Shown here: positions 11,978-24,509 of the stretch, in pieces
Numbering within the stretch: position 1 is the stretch's first letter
How the letters are laid out: the number at the start of each line of letters is the position of its first letter
Source of the DNA: Octopus sinensis
Taxonomy: Eukaryota
Direction: 5' to 3'
NCBI RefSeq assembly: GCF_006345805.1
Contig: NW_021834710.1
Coordinates: forward strand, 1 to 63,012
DNA: 63,012 nt
The notes under the pieces: model-generated
Database searches by the model: none
Seen by the model: only the letters and a program-made list of their open reading frames with translations
What the model was told of the DNA's origin: nothing
Program-made: the position numbers and the translations under genes

Positions 11978-12301
11978 TCATATCCAAGGAAATCCTTTCT
12001 TCGTGTTCACTGTAGGTTGACGTTCTTCCTTCATGTCTCGGAGATTAACCAGATTAGCAGCTTTATCCTTTGTAGGCCTTGGGGTGGGGTTTATTGGGCC
12101 GATAGTGGCATAAAATCCGCATTTACAGGATCCGGTGCTACTCTTGCTTTTCGTGCAGCCCTCCTCTTTTAAGTTTCTCTTATCATTTCTGCTTCTGAGT
12201 TCTGCACCCAAGAGTACACAATACTGCGCCTCAGTGAGCGATTTTGAGCGAGCTTGAGCGAGATGTTCCCGGGTATATTGTTTCAAATTATACTTCACCA
12301 A
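11978..12301 (-). pseudogene. Possible decayed pogo/Tigger-like transposase N-terminus
   Basis: 107-aa non-repetitive ORF MVKYNLKQYTREHLAQA...IGP.NPT...KAANLVNL...KGFPW loosely resembles psq-HTH/CENP-B-HTH starts; weak. Confidence 0.3.
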
Positions 12302-12517
12302 AGCAATCTTGAAAGTGCCTTCGATTATCCACTTTGTTCCACCACGTGACTAAAAGCAATTGCTAATTCGACAAAGAAAATCTACTTGTAGTGGTTCTCA
12401 ACGGAGTCCATATGGTCCTCGATGAATCCATATAGGATTTTATTGTTAAAATTTATCTGCAATAAATCGGTTATCCTTCTACAATGTACAAAATATTTTA
12501 ACATATTTTTGATACAA

Positions 12518-12720
12518 TCTCTCTATATATAAAGCTGAAGTTGTCTGTGTATGGCAGGTTTGGTAGCCTTCAACTAACACTATCTCCTCCGAGACCCTGC
12601 AGCGCAAGTTGTCCAAAATTGAGAGTATGATAGAAGAAGACTTGCTTTTCATTCCGTAGAAGAAAAAATTCAAATCGGAACATGTTAACACCAAAAATTA
12701 TTTACATCAAAAAAGGTGCT
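12518..12720 (+). mobile_element. Probable 5' end of a non-autonomous Helitron
   Basis: A|TCtctctatatataaagctgaagttgtctgtg resembles the 5' ends of the Helitrons at 37906-38571 and 59897-60290; no 3' hairpin/CTAG found and right boundary approximate. Confidence 0.45.
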
Positions 12721-13196
12721 TATGAAAATCCATATTTTTTACGATTTTTTTACTGCTGTGTCGCCATTTTTCGGTGTATTTCAACCAAAAAAATGTTCAC
12801 TTAAAGAGAATAACAAGCTACATAATGCAAAATTTTTACTTTTAAAAAATTCCATACACAGACGACTTCATAGGGAGATGTATGTATCCAAGAAAATATT
12901 TTTTGATTGTGCACTGTGGTTTATATATGGTGACAATAAGCTCATATATATTTTATGTCTTCTTCAATAACTTTCATCTTTAATTGCCATTAGACATAAA
13001 GAGGTAAAACTTAGCAAAGCCATTTGTATATGTTCTTATACATATTTAATGTCACCATTTCCTATCGTGTATAGATTCACTACCATTATATAAACTGATT
13101 TATGCATCTAGATATGTTTTATTTTTGCGTCTTCAGGAACATACATTCATACCTTTTATTTATCTATCATTTTCTTTTCCGTGCTCTCTCCCTATA

Positions 13197-13227
<31 letters not shown>

Positions 13228-13240
13228 ATATCTATATATG

Positions 13241-13293
<53 letters not shown>

Positions 13294-13308
13294 ATATAAC
13301 GTATATAC

Positions 13309-13391
<83 letters not shown>

Positions 13392-13410
13392 ATAATATAT
13401 ATGCTATATT

Positions 13411-13499
<89 letters not shown>

Positions 13500-13519
13500 T
13501 GTAGGTATATATATAGTTT

Positions 13520-13645
13520 AAATTTACAGAAAACAAAAGGCGAAGACGAGTGTAGGAACAACAAGCAGGTGTATTAGTTTAATGCTCGGGAAGAATGGAA
13601 AAAGTATTTTACGATCCGAGACTACACTCTTCGACAGAAAAGGGT
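13520..13645 (-). mobile_element. Hammerhead-bearing (Penelope-LTR-like) repeat, degenerate copy
   Basis: Homologous to 44225-44420 and 60320-60470; minus ctttt CTGTCGA A GAGT GTAG TCTC GGAT CG TA aaat. Confidence 0.65.
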
Positions 13646-14019
13646 TAAGAGGGGAAAAACAGAGAGAGAATAGAAATAAAAATAAAAATAAACAGAGAAA
13701 GAAAACGTATGTGTAAAAATTAGCGGTTGAACATGATGAAAATGGCATACGACCGAGGTACATCAACATGACATGTAGGAGATTAGCAAATTGTTACAAA
13801 GGTTTAAAGTTTGATAATTTTTACCTAATCAGAAAACAAGATCTGGAAGCTATCATTTTTTCTGCATGATAGCTGTCTATAACAAAATGAAAGTAAGATA
13901 CGACGACGAAGTTTTAAACAAAATGAAAGCTACTACATCTCATATCAAGAATGAGAGCGGATAGCAGCATACATGCGAGATATACATATACAGAGAGAAA
14001 AAAGGGGGAGAGTGATACC

Positions 14020-14247
14020 TATTTTTTTATTACCCACAAGGAGCTAAACACAGAGGGGGACAAACAAGGACAGACATAGGTATTAAGTCGATTACATCGA
14101 CCCCAGTGCGTAACTGGTACTTATTTAATCGACCCCGAAAGGATGAAAGGCAAAGTCGACCTCGGCGGAATTTGAACTCACAACGTAACGACAGACGAAA
14201 TACGGCTACGCATTTCGCCCGGCGTGCTAACGTTTCTGCCAGCTCGA
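14020..14247 (-). mobile_element. SINE family C
   Basis: Typical body; head gagctggcagaaacgttagcacgccgggcgaaatgc on minus. Confidence 0.9.
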
Positions 14248-14402
14248 GTGGTACCGTGGTAAATATATAGAAGGGAGTCTGAGAGAGCTAGATAGAGTCA
14301 GTTAGAGAGTGGTAGATTTGGTGTTCTGAATGTTGAGCTATTTCTCGTTGCAAATTATATTTTTTATTCATCTTAACCGATAACCGTGTCGTTGGGACGC
14401 AG

Positions 14403-14460
14403 ATTTCGAAACCGTATCCGTTTTACTCGAGGACGATCTGTTTCGGAGCCTTTCCATGAC
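14403..14460 (+). CDS. Candidate 58-nt exon (xDFETVSVLLEDDLFRSLSMx)
   Basis: gcag| acceptor, strong donor ac|gtatgt, protein-like composition in CpG-containing unique DNA. Confidence 0.4.
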
Positions 14461-14510
14461 GTATGTACACATATACTCTCATTATACATACGTATACATA
14501 TATATATATA

Positions 14511-14575
<65 letters not shown>

Positions 14576-14580
14576 ATATA

Positions 14581-14623
<43 letters not shown>

Positions 14624-14706
14624 ATATATATAATATATATAATATATTATATATATATATATATATCTATATATATATATATATATATAATATATATATA
14701 TATACG

Positions 14707-14924
14707 TGGAGGCGCAATGGCCCAGTGGTTAGGGCAGCGGACTTGCGGTCGGAGTCGCGGTTTCGATTCCCATACCGGGCGTTGTGTGTGTTTATTGAGC
14801 GAAAACACCTAAAAGCTCCACGAGGCTCCGGCAGGGGATGGTGGTGATCCCTGCTGTACTCTTTCAGCACTCTAAAAGGCGGTGCTCCAGCATGGCCGCA
14901 GTCAAATGACTGAAACAAGTACAA

Positions 14925-14925
<1 letters not shown>
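14707..14925 (+). mobile_element. Chimera: SINE B head joined to SINE A tail
   Basis: B head to ...ctgtactctttcagcactct then directly aaaggcggtgctccagcatggccgcagtcaaatgactgaaacaag. Confidence 0.8.
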
Positions 14926-14976
<51 letters not shown>

Positions 14977-15067
14977 TATAGTGTATAGGTTGTGCGTTCG
15001 CCGGTGAGGCGACTTTCCGCCCAGACTTGTATCCCGGAGGGAACCTCCTAGGTGCTCCCATGGTCAT

Positions 15068-15195
15068 CCCTGACGAAGAGCTCCGCTCGAAACGTTATAC
15101 CATCCTTCTTTCCTGAGCGTCCAATAATACTATATTTGTTCCACGTCCTCGTGTTGTTGTGTTTTTTGTGCTTTCATGTTTGGATTAACTTTATA
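15068..15195 (+). mobile_element. Hammerhead-bearing repeat, 5'-truncated copy
   Basis: CTGACGA A GAGC TCC GCTC GAAA CGTT at 15070-15096; downstream nearly identical to 15805-15915. Confidence 0.75.
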
Positions 15196-15273
15196 TTGTA
15201 TGTGTATATATATATATATATATATATAGATAGAGAGAGTCGAGGATATATATACATACATACATATATATAT

Positions 15274-15333
<60 letters not shown>

Positions 15334-15348
15334 TATGATATATAATAT

Positions 15349-15650
15349 ATCACCGTGATCGACCAGGCTATCAGATGTTGTTACACATCGCTGGTCACAA
15401 TGCGCTTCGCATTGTTTTAGCCTTCAAGTGACGCCACCCCGCTGGCTAAGCGAGCAGGCCAACAGAAGAAAGAGAGAGAGAAAGTTGTGGCGAAAGAGTA
15501 CAGCAGGGATCGCCACCACCCCCTGCCGGAGCCTCGTGAAGCTTTAGGTGTTTTCGCTCAATAAACACTCACAACACCCGGTCTGGGAATCGAAACCGCG
15601 ATCCTACGACCGCGAGTCCGCTGCCCTAACCACTAGGCCATTGCGCCTCC
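15349..15650 (-). mobile_element. SINE family B, tail type ii
   Basis: Near-identical to 23577-23887. Confidence 0.9.
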
Positions 15651-15653
15651 ACG

Positions 15654-15691
<38 letters not shown>

Positions 15692-15729
15692 GTGTGTGTG
15701 TGTGTGTGTGTAACCGCGTGTGTACCGTT

Positions 15730-15915
15730 GGCGATTCTTTTTTTCTCTGTCTTCCCTTCTCTGGATCTTTCCTTCTCCTATGTTTCCGACGAAGAGCTCC
15801 GCTCGAAACGTTAAACCATCCTTCTTTCCTTCTTTCCTGAGCGTCCAATAATACTATATTTGTTCCACGTCCTCGTGTTGTTGTGTTTTTTGTGCTTATG
15901 TTTGGATTAACTTTA
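15730..15915 (+). mobile_element. Hammerhead-bearing repeat (Penelope-LTR-like)
   Basis: gttt CCGACGA A GAGC TCC GCTC GAAA CG TT aaac at 15782-15816. Confidence 0.75.
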
Positions 15916-16139
15916 TATATGTATGTGTGTATATGTATATATATATATATATTTAAAAATTCTGCTTTTTAGTAGTTTTAAGCACTCCCCTTTCGTTTAA
16001 AAAAACTGTTGGCTGTTTTAGAAATGATCTTTCAGTCTGCACAGCTATTATTGCAGTTTATGTGGTTTTGTATGCATGTATGTACATGGCCGCGTGTGTG
16101 TACATGTATGTGCGTGTGTGATTGTGTGTGTGTGTGTGT

Positions 16140-16180
<41 letters not shown>

Positions 16181-17146
16181 GTGTCCGTGTTTGTGGGAGA
16201 CGGTTCTTCTCGGAAAGCTTTCGTTCCAAGCAGATTACAATAAGCGGCTTCCGATATATCTAATGTCTCTTTGATGATTTGTTTGTGGTCAGTATTGTTG
16301 CTGTTGTTGTTGTTGCTGCTGCTGCTGTTGTTGTTGTTGTTGTTGTTGTTATTACTGTTGCTGCTGCTGCTGTTGTTGTTGTTGTTGTTGTTGTTGGTGG
16401 TGGTGTTGTTGTTGTTCGACCCCATTTCAGCTGTAAAGGAGCAGACGGACCTCTGATTAAAAACAGTTCAGCAGTGATCATCTCATTTATTTTGCCGGCA
16501 TTGTCTGACTGATATCGGATAATCCAACGCACCTTTTCTTTTTCTTCTTTTTTTGTTAGGGTTTATTTTGAAGAATATTAGGCTGTTAGGTCTATCAACT
16601 ACAGAAGCCAACACAGAAGAAACCACGTTGGCGGTTTAGCTGTGCTGAGTTTATTTGGGTGACTTAATAAAAAAAATCAGTCTCAGATATTTTCAATCTA
16701 ACTAAAAGTACAATGTTGTTAAAAAGTGGAGTGTAAAATGAAAGAAGTACAATGTTATTAAAGAAAAGTACAGCCTTGATGAAAAGGTCTGTGGCTGATT
16801 AGAAAGAAAACATTGTAAGGCGTTATCGTAACAAGTAGGCCATGCTAACGTTCTGATTTTAAATCCGCCAAGGTTAACTTTATCTTTGTCGATAAGATAA
16901 ATGTACGAGACAGAAGGAATTGTGGTAGATTTTAATGGCCTTTACTGTCCTTAAGACTTGATAATTTGTGTAAAAATTCATTATTGAAAACAGGCAAAAA
17001 AAAAGTGTTGAATCAGCAGTATTGGAGGTGTGTGGTGGGTGGTGCGAGATGTATTTCGCATACAATCGTTAATCTAAGAGTTCAAATTCCGCCAGGACTG
17101 ACTTTGATGTTTATCATTCTGCCTCGTAATTGAAACAGAAATTCAA

Positions 17147-17187
<41 letters not shown>

Positions 17188-17334
17188 AATCAACAATAAT
17201 AATAACAACAACAGGCATATCAACAACAACAACAAACAACAATAACAACACAACATACAACAACAACAACACAACAACAACAACAACAACAACAACAATA
17301 ATCATAATCAAAATAATAATATCATAATAAGAAT

Positions 17335-17629
17335 GTTTGAATAATTCACCTCTGGAAACATGGGTGGTTCGTTCAACGTCCTTAAACAACCCTTATTCAG
17401 GGACCTTTTGAGCGGGATGGGTTACTCGATCAAGGAAAATTCTAACTGGGCCCCACCTGCAAGGTCATGCGCTGTTTATCTTGATATGAGATCACCATGT
17501 TGTGCACATATGGTTATGATGCATGTGCCTGGTGTACCCTTATCAGACGGTAGTCATGATGGGTATACTGGGCTTCGTATATTTTACCCCAGTGTCACTT
17601 TGAGGGCATGAACTGCTCTCAACTCACAC
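17335..17629 (+). mobile_element. Retroposon family D, 5'-truncated, with (AAT)n tail
   Basis: Reverse complement of part of 4071-4579; flanked by (AAT)n on both sides. Confidence 0.85.
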
Positions 17630-18046
17630 AATAATAATAATAATAATAATAATAGTTATAATAATGTCTCATTTTGGAAAACTGAATCTCGAAGCACATA
17701 ACTTTACAAATAGTAGCATATGGGTTGATAAACTCCTTTGAATAGAAAAATCGAAAAACGTCTGTCATATCTACAGATGCTGGTTCGTGTTCGATGCAGC
17801 CTTGGAATTTTTCTTTTTATTTACGGTTTTATGAGCTTCGAGATCCTCTCTTCCAAAACAAGAATTATTTTGACAATCTTCCAGAAAATTTATAAATTAT
17901 TTGCAATTTATAAACTCTAACGCTTCTGTAAATTCTACCAGACTTAACTTTTGCCTAAATAATTTCTTTAACACAAGGTCAGAGACTCGCAAAAAGGGCA
18001 AAAGTCGATTGTACTGACCTAAGTACGTAACTGGTACTTTATTTTC

Positions 18047-18540
18047 ATCAGTCAGGTGCCCACCCTGTGTCTAGGGGTCAGCTCGCCAAGATGCTCCAGC
18101 ATTCTCTGTGTTGTGCTGCATACATTCAATCACCCAAACTCTTGTTTCCGGTCTATTCTTTCATGTAGTCCTTGACAACCTCTTGCTCCCTTCCTTCTGC
18201 TTCCGGTCAAGATCGCATTTGGCAGTGATTCAAGGCAAGGCGTGATATATGTCCAAAATATGAGAGTTTTGTGGACTTGATCCTCGACAATTGATGTCTT
18301 CGGACTTTCAGCTTTTCTAATACTGCATCGTCACACTGTATTTCTAGCTTATTCTGTCCAACCTACGAAAGATTCACATCTCAAAGCCTTCTTTTACCAT
18401 TGTTCTGTAGATTACCCAAGTTTCTGCCCTTAGAGGAGAACAACTACCTTAATATGACAGTTTATAGCATCAATTTTAGATGCAACGTTATGTCTTTTGA
18501 GGTGTAGATATTTTTCATTCTCATAAATGTTATTTTTTCA
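18047..18540 (-). mobile_element. Decayed RTE-clade LINE 3' end
   Basis: Minus-strand pieces SKDITLHLKL..ETWVIYR..KAFEM*IFRRLDRIS..VLEKLKV..IKSTKLSYFGHISR match the RTE post-RT region. Confidence 0.75.
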
Positions 18541-18654
18541 TCAAAACAAACCTAAATGTATGAAGTAACTAGAGCAACGCAAAGCATCTGACACTTCCCA
18601 GAGGCCTCGATTGGGGAATATCAGTACCGCTTGTCATTTGGAAGAGGTCCAAGG

Positions 18655-18912
18655 CCTCTTAATCCGTTTGTCTGTCCTTGTTTGTCCCCTCTGTGTGTAG
18701 CCCCTTGTGGGCGAAATGCCTTGCAGTATTTCGTCAGCCGTTACGTTCTGAGTTCAAATTCCGCCGAGGTCGACTTTGCCTTTCATCCTTTCGGGGTCGA
18801 TTAACTAAGTACCAGATCATCACTGGGGTCAATGTAATCGACTTAATACCTTTGTCTCTCCTTGTTTGTCCCCTCTATGTTTAGCTCCATGTGGGCAATA
18901 AAGAAATAAATA
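18655..18912 (+). mobile_element. SINE family C, rearranged/partial
   Basis: ttgtctgtccttgtttgtcccctctgtg...gttctgagttcaaattccgccgaggtcgactttgcctttcatcctttcggggtcga. Confidence 0.85.
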
Positions 18913-18916
18913 CTTA

Positions 18917-19794
18917 TGTGGTATGATCAATAAGTATCTGAACTGTTGCTATAGTAACGAAGCTAAATTACGTAAAACCGCTTGGCACACACTGATCTTG
19001 AACTCTACTGTGCATGCGCACTAAGTTTTAACGTTCCGCTGTTTACAGCAGCGCTGAAAGGAAGGTGAGTAGCGTGTGATCGTCGCATTGACCATGACAG
19101 AGAAACCTAAGCAGAGAATCTGCATCAAATTTGGCCAAAAGCTTTGCGATTCCTGCTCAGAGGCCTACGCAAACGTTTCAAAAAGTTTTCATCGTTTTCA
19201 ACACAATCAAAGAGATCTTGTGCAACAGAAACCCGAGTGTCATTTTGGTTAGCTAAAAGTGGTTTGGGCACAAAATTTGGCAGACACGCGTCTCATACCC
19301 ATATCTTCAATAATGCACTGGACTGAACTGAACCGTAACTAATCTGCATGTCATCTGATAACTCACGGATGGTGATTCGACGATTTCCCCTCACAGCTGC
19401 ACACATATCTGCGATGTTTTTTTCAATTCTGCTGGTTGCGGGACTCCCAGAACGTTCGTCAATATCGACATTTTTTCGGCCATCTTGGAGACGTCTGAAC
19501 CATTCGCACACTTGTGTGCAGCTCATACACTCGTCTCCATACACTTTCTGCAACTTTGCGTAGTCCTCTGAGCAGGTATTGCCATGACAACTTTCACTTT
19601 CATGATCAATGTGACCATCACACGCTAAAGACCTTCCTTCCAAGCACTGCTGTAAACAGAAGTGAGCTAGATCGTTAAAACTTAGTGCACATGTACAGCA
19701 AAGTCCAAAACTAATCTTTGCCAAGCAGCTTTACTCTGCATGCTCTAGCTTTGTTACTATGGCAACAGTCCGGATATTCATTCGTCAGACCTCG
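18917..19794. mobile_element. Mariner foldback element made of two diverged 5' ends
   Basis: TA at 18915-16 and 19795-96; ~250-bp imperfect inverted ends; plus arm MTEKPKQRICIKFGQKL..SEAYA; minus arm SEDYAKLQKVYGDECMSCTQVCEWFRRLQDGRKNVDIDERSG...RRITIRELSDDMQISYGSVQ..MRRVSAKF/VPK. Confidence 0.88.
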
Positions 19795-20300
19795 TAAGAC
19801 CTTAGTCTTATCTCAAAAGAGAAATTATGCTCCTGGGAAGCGATGCAGGTGACACGTTTATAGGTGTTAACAGAGAAGAAAAAGTCCATCTGAGCAATGG
19901 CTTGAGAAATACTTATTGAAAGGGCACAACGAAGATTAATTTCGATTCTATGTACTTTAAGGGATTTATCTTGAAGGAACAACTACAAATTTCAAAGATA
20001 TGGAACGAAAATTTAAAAATAAAAAAGAAAACAAACAGAAAAAGAGAACAAAAATCGAAAGAATTTTTTAGCGCATTATTGGCTCCAACCTAAAAATCTT
20101 AGAATTTCTGATAATGACACTGATTCTCCATGTAGAAGCTGGTCTTGAAGCAAATATATATAACATTTATCTTCGCCATACTTTACCGCTGGCTTTTGGC
20201 CAGAAATCAATAAAACATACTTGGCAAGCCAGAAAGATTCTTCGCTTTCTTCTCTCATCAACAATACATACACATACATATTATATATATATGTGTGTGT

Positions 20301-20349
<49 letters not shown>

Positions 20350-20569
20350 ACAGATATATATATATATATACATATATACAGGCACACACTCACATATGCT
20401 CATACGTTTTATTTGCTTTTTCTTTCTGGAAGTTCTTCTTTTTTACGTGTTTTGTTTTTTTAGTCTGCGCCTTTTTGGTTCATCGTTTTTTTTTTAAATT
20501 TTATTTTATCAATTTATTCTTGTTGTTTAATTTCAAATTTTATATATTTATTTATTTATTTGTAGTTTG

Positions 20570-20910
20570 TAGCTAGCTATTGCTATTGTTGCTATTGTTA
20601 GTTGCGGTGATGGCGATGGCGATGGCGATGATGGTAGTAGTAGAAGTGGTGCTGGTGCTGGTGCTGGTGGTGCTTGTGGTGGAGGTGGTGGTGGTGGCGG
20701 CGTGGCGGCGGCGGCGGCGGTGGTGGTGGTGGTGATACTGAAATATACTTGTTGTTTTTGCTGTTGGTGGCGGCAGTGGTGGCGGAGGAGGACGGAGAGG
20801 AGGAGGAGGAGGAGGAGGAGGAGGAGATACTGTTCTTCCTGTTGCTTTTGTTGTTGCTGTTACCGTCAATTGTTGAAGTCGTTGCTGTTATCATAGCGAC
20901 TGATGATGAA

Positions 20911-20961
<51 letters not shown>

Positions 20962-21700
20962 GGTGATGACGGTGGTGATGATGATGATGATGATGATGAT
21001 GTTGGAGTTACACTTATTACACCCCATGTGCAACCGGGTGCAATGATGCTGTTAGTGCACCACCATTCACGTGGTAGTGTTAGCGATGTCTACAGCGAGC
21101 GGGGCTGCGGGAGGTCGAACTTGTGGTCATTGTGGTTAAACTATTGTTAATAGTGGTGGAGGTGGTGGTGGTTGTAGTGGTGGTCGACGTGGTGGCGGTT
21201 GTGGTTGAGGTTGCAGTTGTGGTAGTGGTGGCAGTTGTGTTAGTAGTGGCAGTTGTGGTAGTGATGGTGGTAATGTTGGTGGTGGTGGTGGCGGTGGTGG
21301 TGGTGGTGGTGTGGTGGTGGTGGTGGTGGTGGTGGTGGGTTGATGTTAGCGGTAGTGAGGGAGATGAGGGTAATTGTTTTAATGGCGATAGAGTGGTGTG
21401 TGGTTGGTTGGTTCGAGGGTAATAGTTGGGTGAATTGCCGATGGTGATGGCGGCGGCGGTGGCGGCGGTGGCGGCGTCGGTGGTGGTGGTGGTGGTGGTG
21501 GTGGTGAAGGTGATGGTAGTGATAACCATGATGCTAATAATGTTTGTAGTAATGTCGGTGGTAAAGATAATGATGATAATGGAAGCAGCGATGGTGCTTA
21601 GCGGTGAGATGGTGGTGGTGGTGGTGATGGTGGTGGTGATGGTGGTGGCGTCAGTGGTGGTGGCGATTGTAGTAATAGTAGTAGTAGTAGTAGTGTCTCG
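20570..21700. repeat. GC-rich cryptic trinucleotide mosaic (GGT/GGC/GGA/GAT/GTA)
   Basis: Direct inspection; low complexity in all frames. Confidence 0.85.
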
Positions 21701-21858
21701 GTATGTGCTAGACACCTACTACATACTTAGATCATATCGAACGCTGCAGACACAATGTGAAAAAAACATATATATTTACTTATATGTATAAATATATATA
21801 TATATATATATATATACATAGCTGTACATGTATTATGCATATATACATACATTACATC

Positions 21859-21930
<72 letters not shown>

Positions 21931-22294
21931 ATGTGTGTGTGTGTGTGTATATTATATATATATATCATATAATGTATATATATATATATATATGTATATA
22001 TATACATACATATATATATACACAATGCATGTATATTCATACAGATACATACATATATACATACCTATATATACATACATACATAGATACATATATACAC
22101 ACCAATATATGCATACATACATGTATGTATGGATGGATGTATGTATGTATGTATGGATGGATGTGCGTAGTGTGTGTGTGTGTGTGTGTGTGTATACTGA
22201 TAACAAAGGTCATGTTAACCTTGCTAATAAGTTTCTTGTACAGACTTGATGGTCTGACTTTGTTTTATAAATAGTTAATCATTTTTGCTTCTAG

Positions 22295-22344
22295 ACAAGA
22301 AGAATTAGAATTGGCCGGAAGAAGAGCCATTCACACATTTCCCT
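22295..22344 (+). CDS. Candidate exon (xQEELELAGRRAIHTFPx)
   Basis: Acceptor atttttgcttctag; phase-compatible with 14403-14460; donor weak (gtggca, or gttcca at 22354). Confidence 0.25.
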
Positions 22345-22460
22345 GTGGCAGCGGTTCCAAAACATGTTTTCTCAAGGAACCCTTACGTGATTTTTCTAAA
22401 GTTACCGAATGGAAATTTCATACTCTTTTATATTGCTAATTGCTTTCAGTCATTGGACTG

Positions 22461-22900
22461 CGGCGAACTGGTAGAAAAGGCGGCGAACTGGTAGAAAAGG
22501 CGGCGAGCTGGCAGAAACGTTAGCATGCCGGGCGAAATGCTAAGCGGTATTTCGTCTGCCGCTTCGGTCTGAGGTCAAATTCCGCCGAGGTCGACTTTGC
22601 CTTTCATCCTTTCTGGGTCGATTAGATAAGTACCAGTTATGCACTGGGGTCGATATAATCGACTTAATCCGTTTGTCGGTCCTTGTTTGTCCTCTCTGTG
22701 TTTAGCACCTTGTGGGTAGTAAAGAAATAGGTATTTTGTCTGCTGCTACGTTCTGATTTCAAATTCCGCCGAGGTCGACTTTGCCTTTCATCCTTTCGGG
22801 GTCGATTAAATAAGTACCAGTTATGCACTGGGGTCGATATAATCGACTTAATCCGTTTGTCTTCTCTGTGTTTAGCCCCTTGTGGGTAGTAAAGAAATAA
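22461..22900 (+). mobile_element. SINE family C dimer with tandemly repeated 20-bp head segment
   Basis: (cggcgaactggtagaaaagg)x2 before cggcgagctggcagaaacg; body repeated twice. Confidence 0.9.
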
Positions 22901-23067
22901 AATTTGTTGGGAGTTGCATGTAGGGATCAAAACAGTTTGATTCAAATTCGTTGGTAATCTTGTGTTTCAAGTGTCAGCCGTATTCAAAATGGCTTACGAC
23001 CAGCATCATGCTTGGAACTCAAGAGTACGAACGAATTTGAATCAAATTGTTTTGATCCATATATATA

Positions 23068-23410
23068 AAGGGGTAAGGTAAAGACCCCCTTCGGTCATGA
23101 ATGACCATGGGATTGCACCTAGAAAGTTACCCTCTTAGACACAAGTCCGGGCAAGGTTGTTTATGGAAGACCAGCAGTCGCCCATGCATACCAGCCTCCC
23201 CTCTCCACGCCACCAGTGTTATCCAAGGGAAAGACAAAGGTCGATACAACCTGGCACCAGTGACGTCGCAACTCATTTCTACAGCTGAGTGAACTGGAGC
23301 AACAGGAAATAAAGTGCTTTGCTCAAGAACACAACACGCAGCCCGGTCCGGGATTCGAGCTCACAACCTCACGATCGTCAGCTCGACGCTCTAACCACTG
23401 AGCCATGCGA
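23068..23410 (-). mobile_element. SINE family E (tRNA-like head)
   Basis: Minus head cgcatggctcagtggttagagcgtcgagctgacgatcgtgaggttgtgagctcgaatcccgg; related fragments at ~3040-3243, 31587-31800, 48900-49045. Confidence 0.8.
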
Positions 23411-23576
23411 TATATATATATATATATATAATCATTATTTTCGACCAGCGAACCTCTAGGAACAGCTGTCGGACTCGTAAATCTCTTATTCAATCCCTTT
23501 AAGTCCTAATATTTCTATTCTGTGTAAGTCTGTATACATATGTACATTTTTTTGTATTAAATTTATTTAATATTAT

Positions 23577-23887
23577 CACCGTGATCACCGTCACCGACCA
23601 GACTATCATATGTTGCTACACATCGCTGGTCACAATGCGCTTAGCATTACTTTAGCCTTCAAATGACGCCACCCCGCTGGCTAAGCGAGCAGGCCAACAG
23701 AAGAAAGAGTGAGAGAAAGTTGTGGCGAAAGAGTACAGCAGAGATCACCACCATCCCCTGCCGGAGCCTCGTGGAGCTTTAGGTGTTTTCGCTCAATAAA
23801 AACACACAACACCCGGTCTGGGAATCGAAACCGCAATCCTACGACCGCGAGTCCGCTGCCCTAACAACTATGCCATGGCGCCTCCAC
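23577..23887 (-). mobile_element. SINE family B, tail type ii, with 12-bp TSD
   Basis: TSD atttaatattat at 23565-23576 and 23888-23899. Confidence 0.93.
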
Positions 23888-24213
23888 ATTTAATATTATA
23901 TGTATATCGATTTGCCTAACTTGCTTGCCCTTAAATTTACTCCTCTACCTTCTCGAGTTTAAATCTCTTGAGCACTACGAAGTGTATTCTATACATAGAA
24001 TACCCAGAGACTATATATATATATATATATATAATATTATATATATATATATATATATATAATTTTCTGTCTACTTAATCTACTTACAAGACCTAAGATA
24101 GCTACGCAGAAGGTCTGAACCTAGAACCATTTAGCTGAGAAGCAAGGTTCTTACCATACAGCCACATTGGCACCTATGTACTCATATCAATGTAGTATGT
24201 AATGTAAATATGT

Positions 24214-24509
24214 TCCTTCTCAAGCCACGCCTGGCTCATTAGGGCCGGTTTCCTGGTTTCTTTGGCGTACAGGTTCCCCATCTGGAATGAACGCCGGTCC
24301 GTCGCAGGTGAGCCGCAAGATGCAGGAGGAAAGAGTGAGAGAAAGTTGTGGCGAAAGAGTCAGCAGAAGTTCGTCATTACCTTCTGCTGGAACCGTGTGG
24401 AGCTTAGGTGTTTCGCTCATAAACACACACATCACCCGGTCTGAGATTCGAACCTGCGATTCCTCGACCGCGAGTCCGCTGCTCTAACCACTAGGCCATG
24501 TGCCTCCAC
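24214..24509 (-). mobile_element. SINE family B, tail type i, with 13-bp TSD
   Basis: TSD aatgtaaatatgt at 24201-24213 and 24510-24522. Confidence 0.93.

Noticed and set aside
16048-16425. ORF with a non-repetitive core IIKETLDISEAAYCNLLGTKAFREEPSP
   Set aside because: A short unique stretch between two microsatellites, no convincing splice sites and no recognisable homology
19785-20260. Possible RT fragment on minus (SEILRFLG)
   Set aside because: Only a vague resemblance to the FKYLG motif; surrounding residues do not align convincingly
21080-21715. 211-aa Thr-rich mucin-like ORF
   Set aside because: Within a cryptic GGT/GTA mosaic open in several frames; similar mosaics occur at 42540-43350, so no coding evidence
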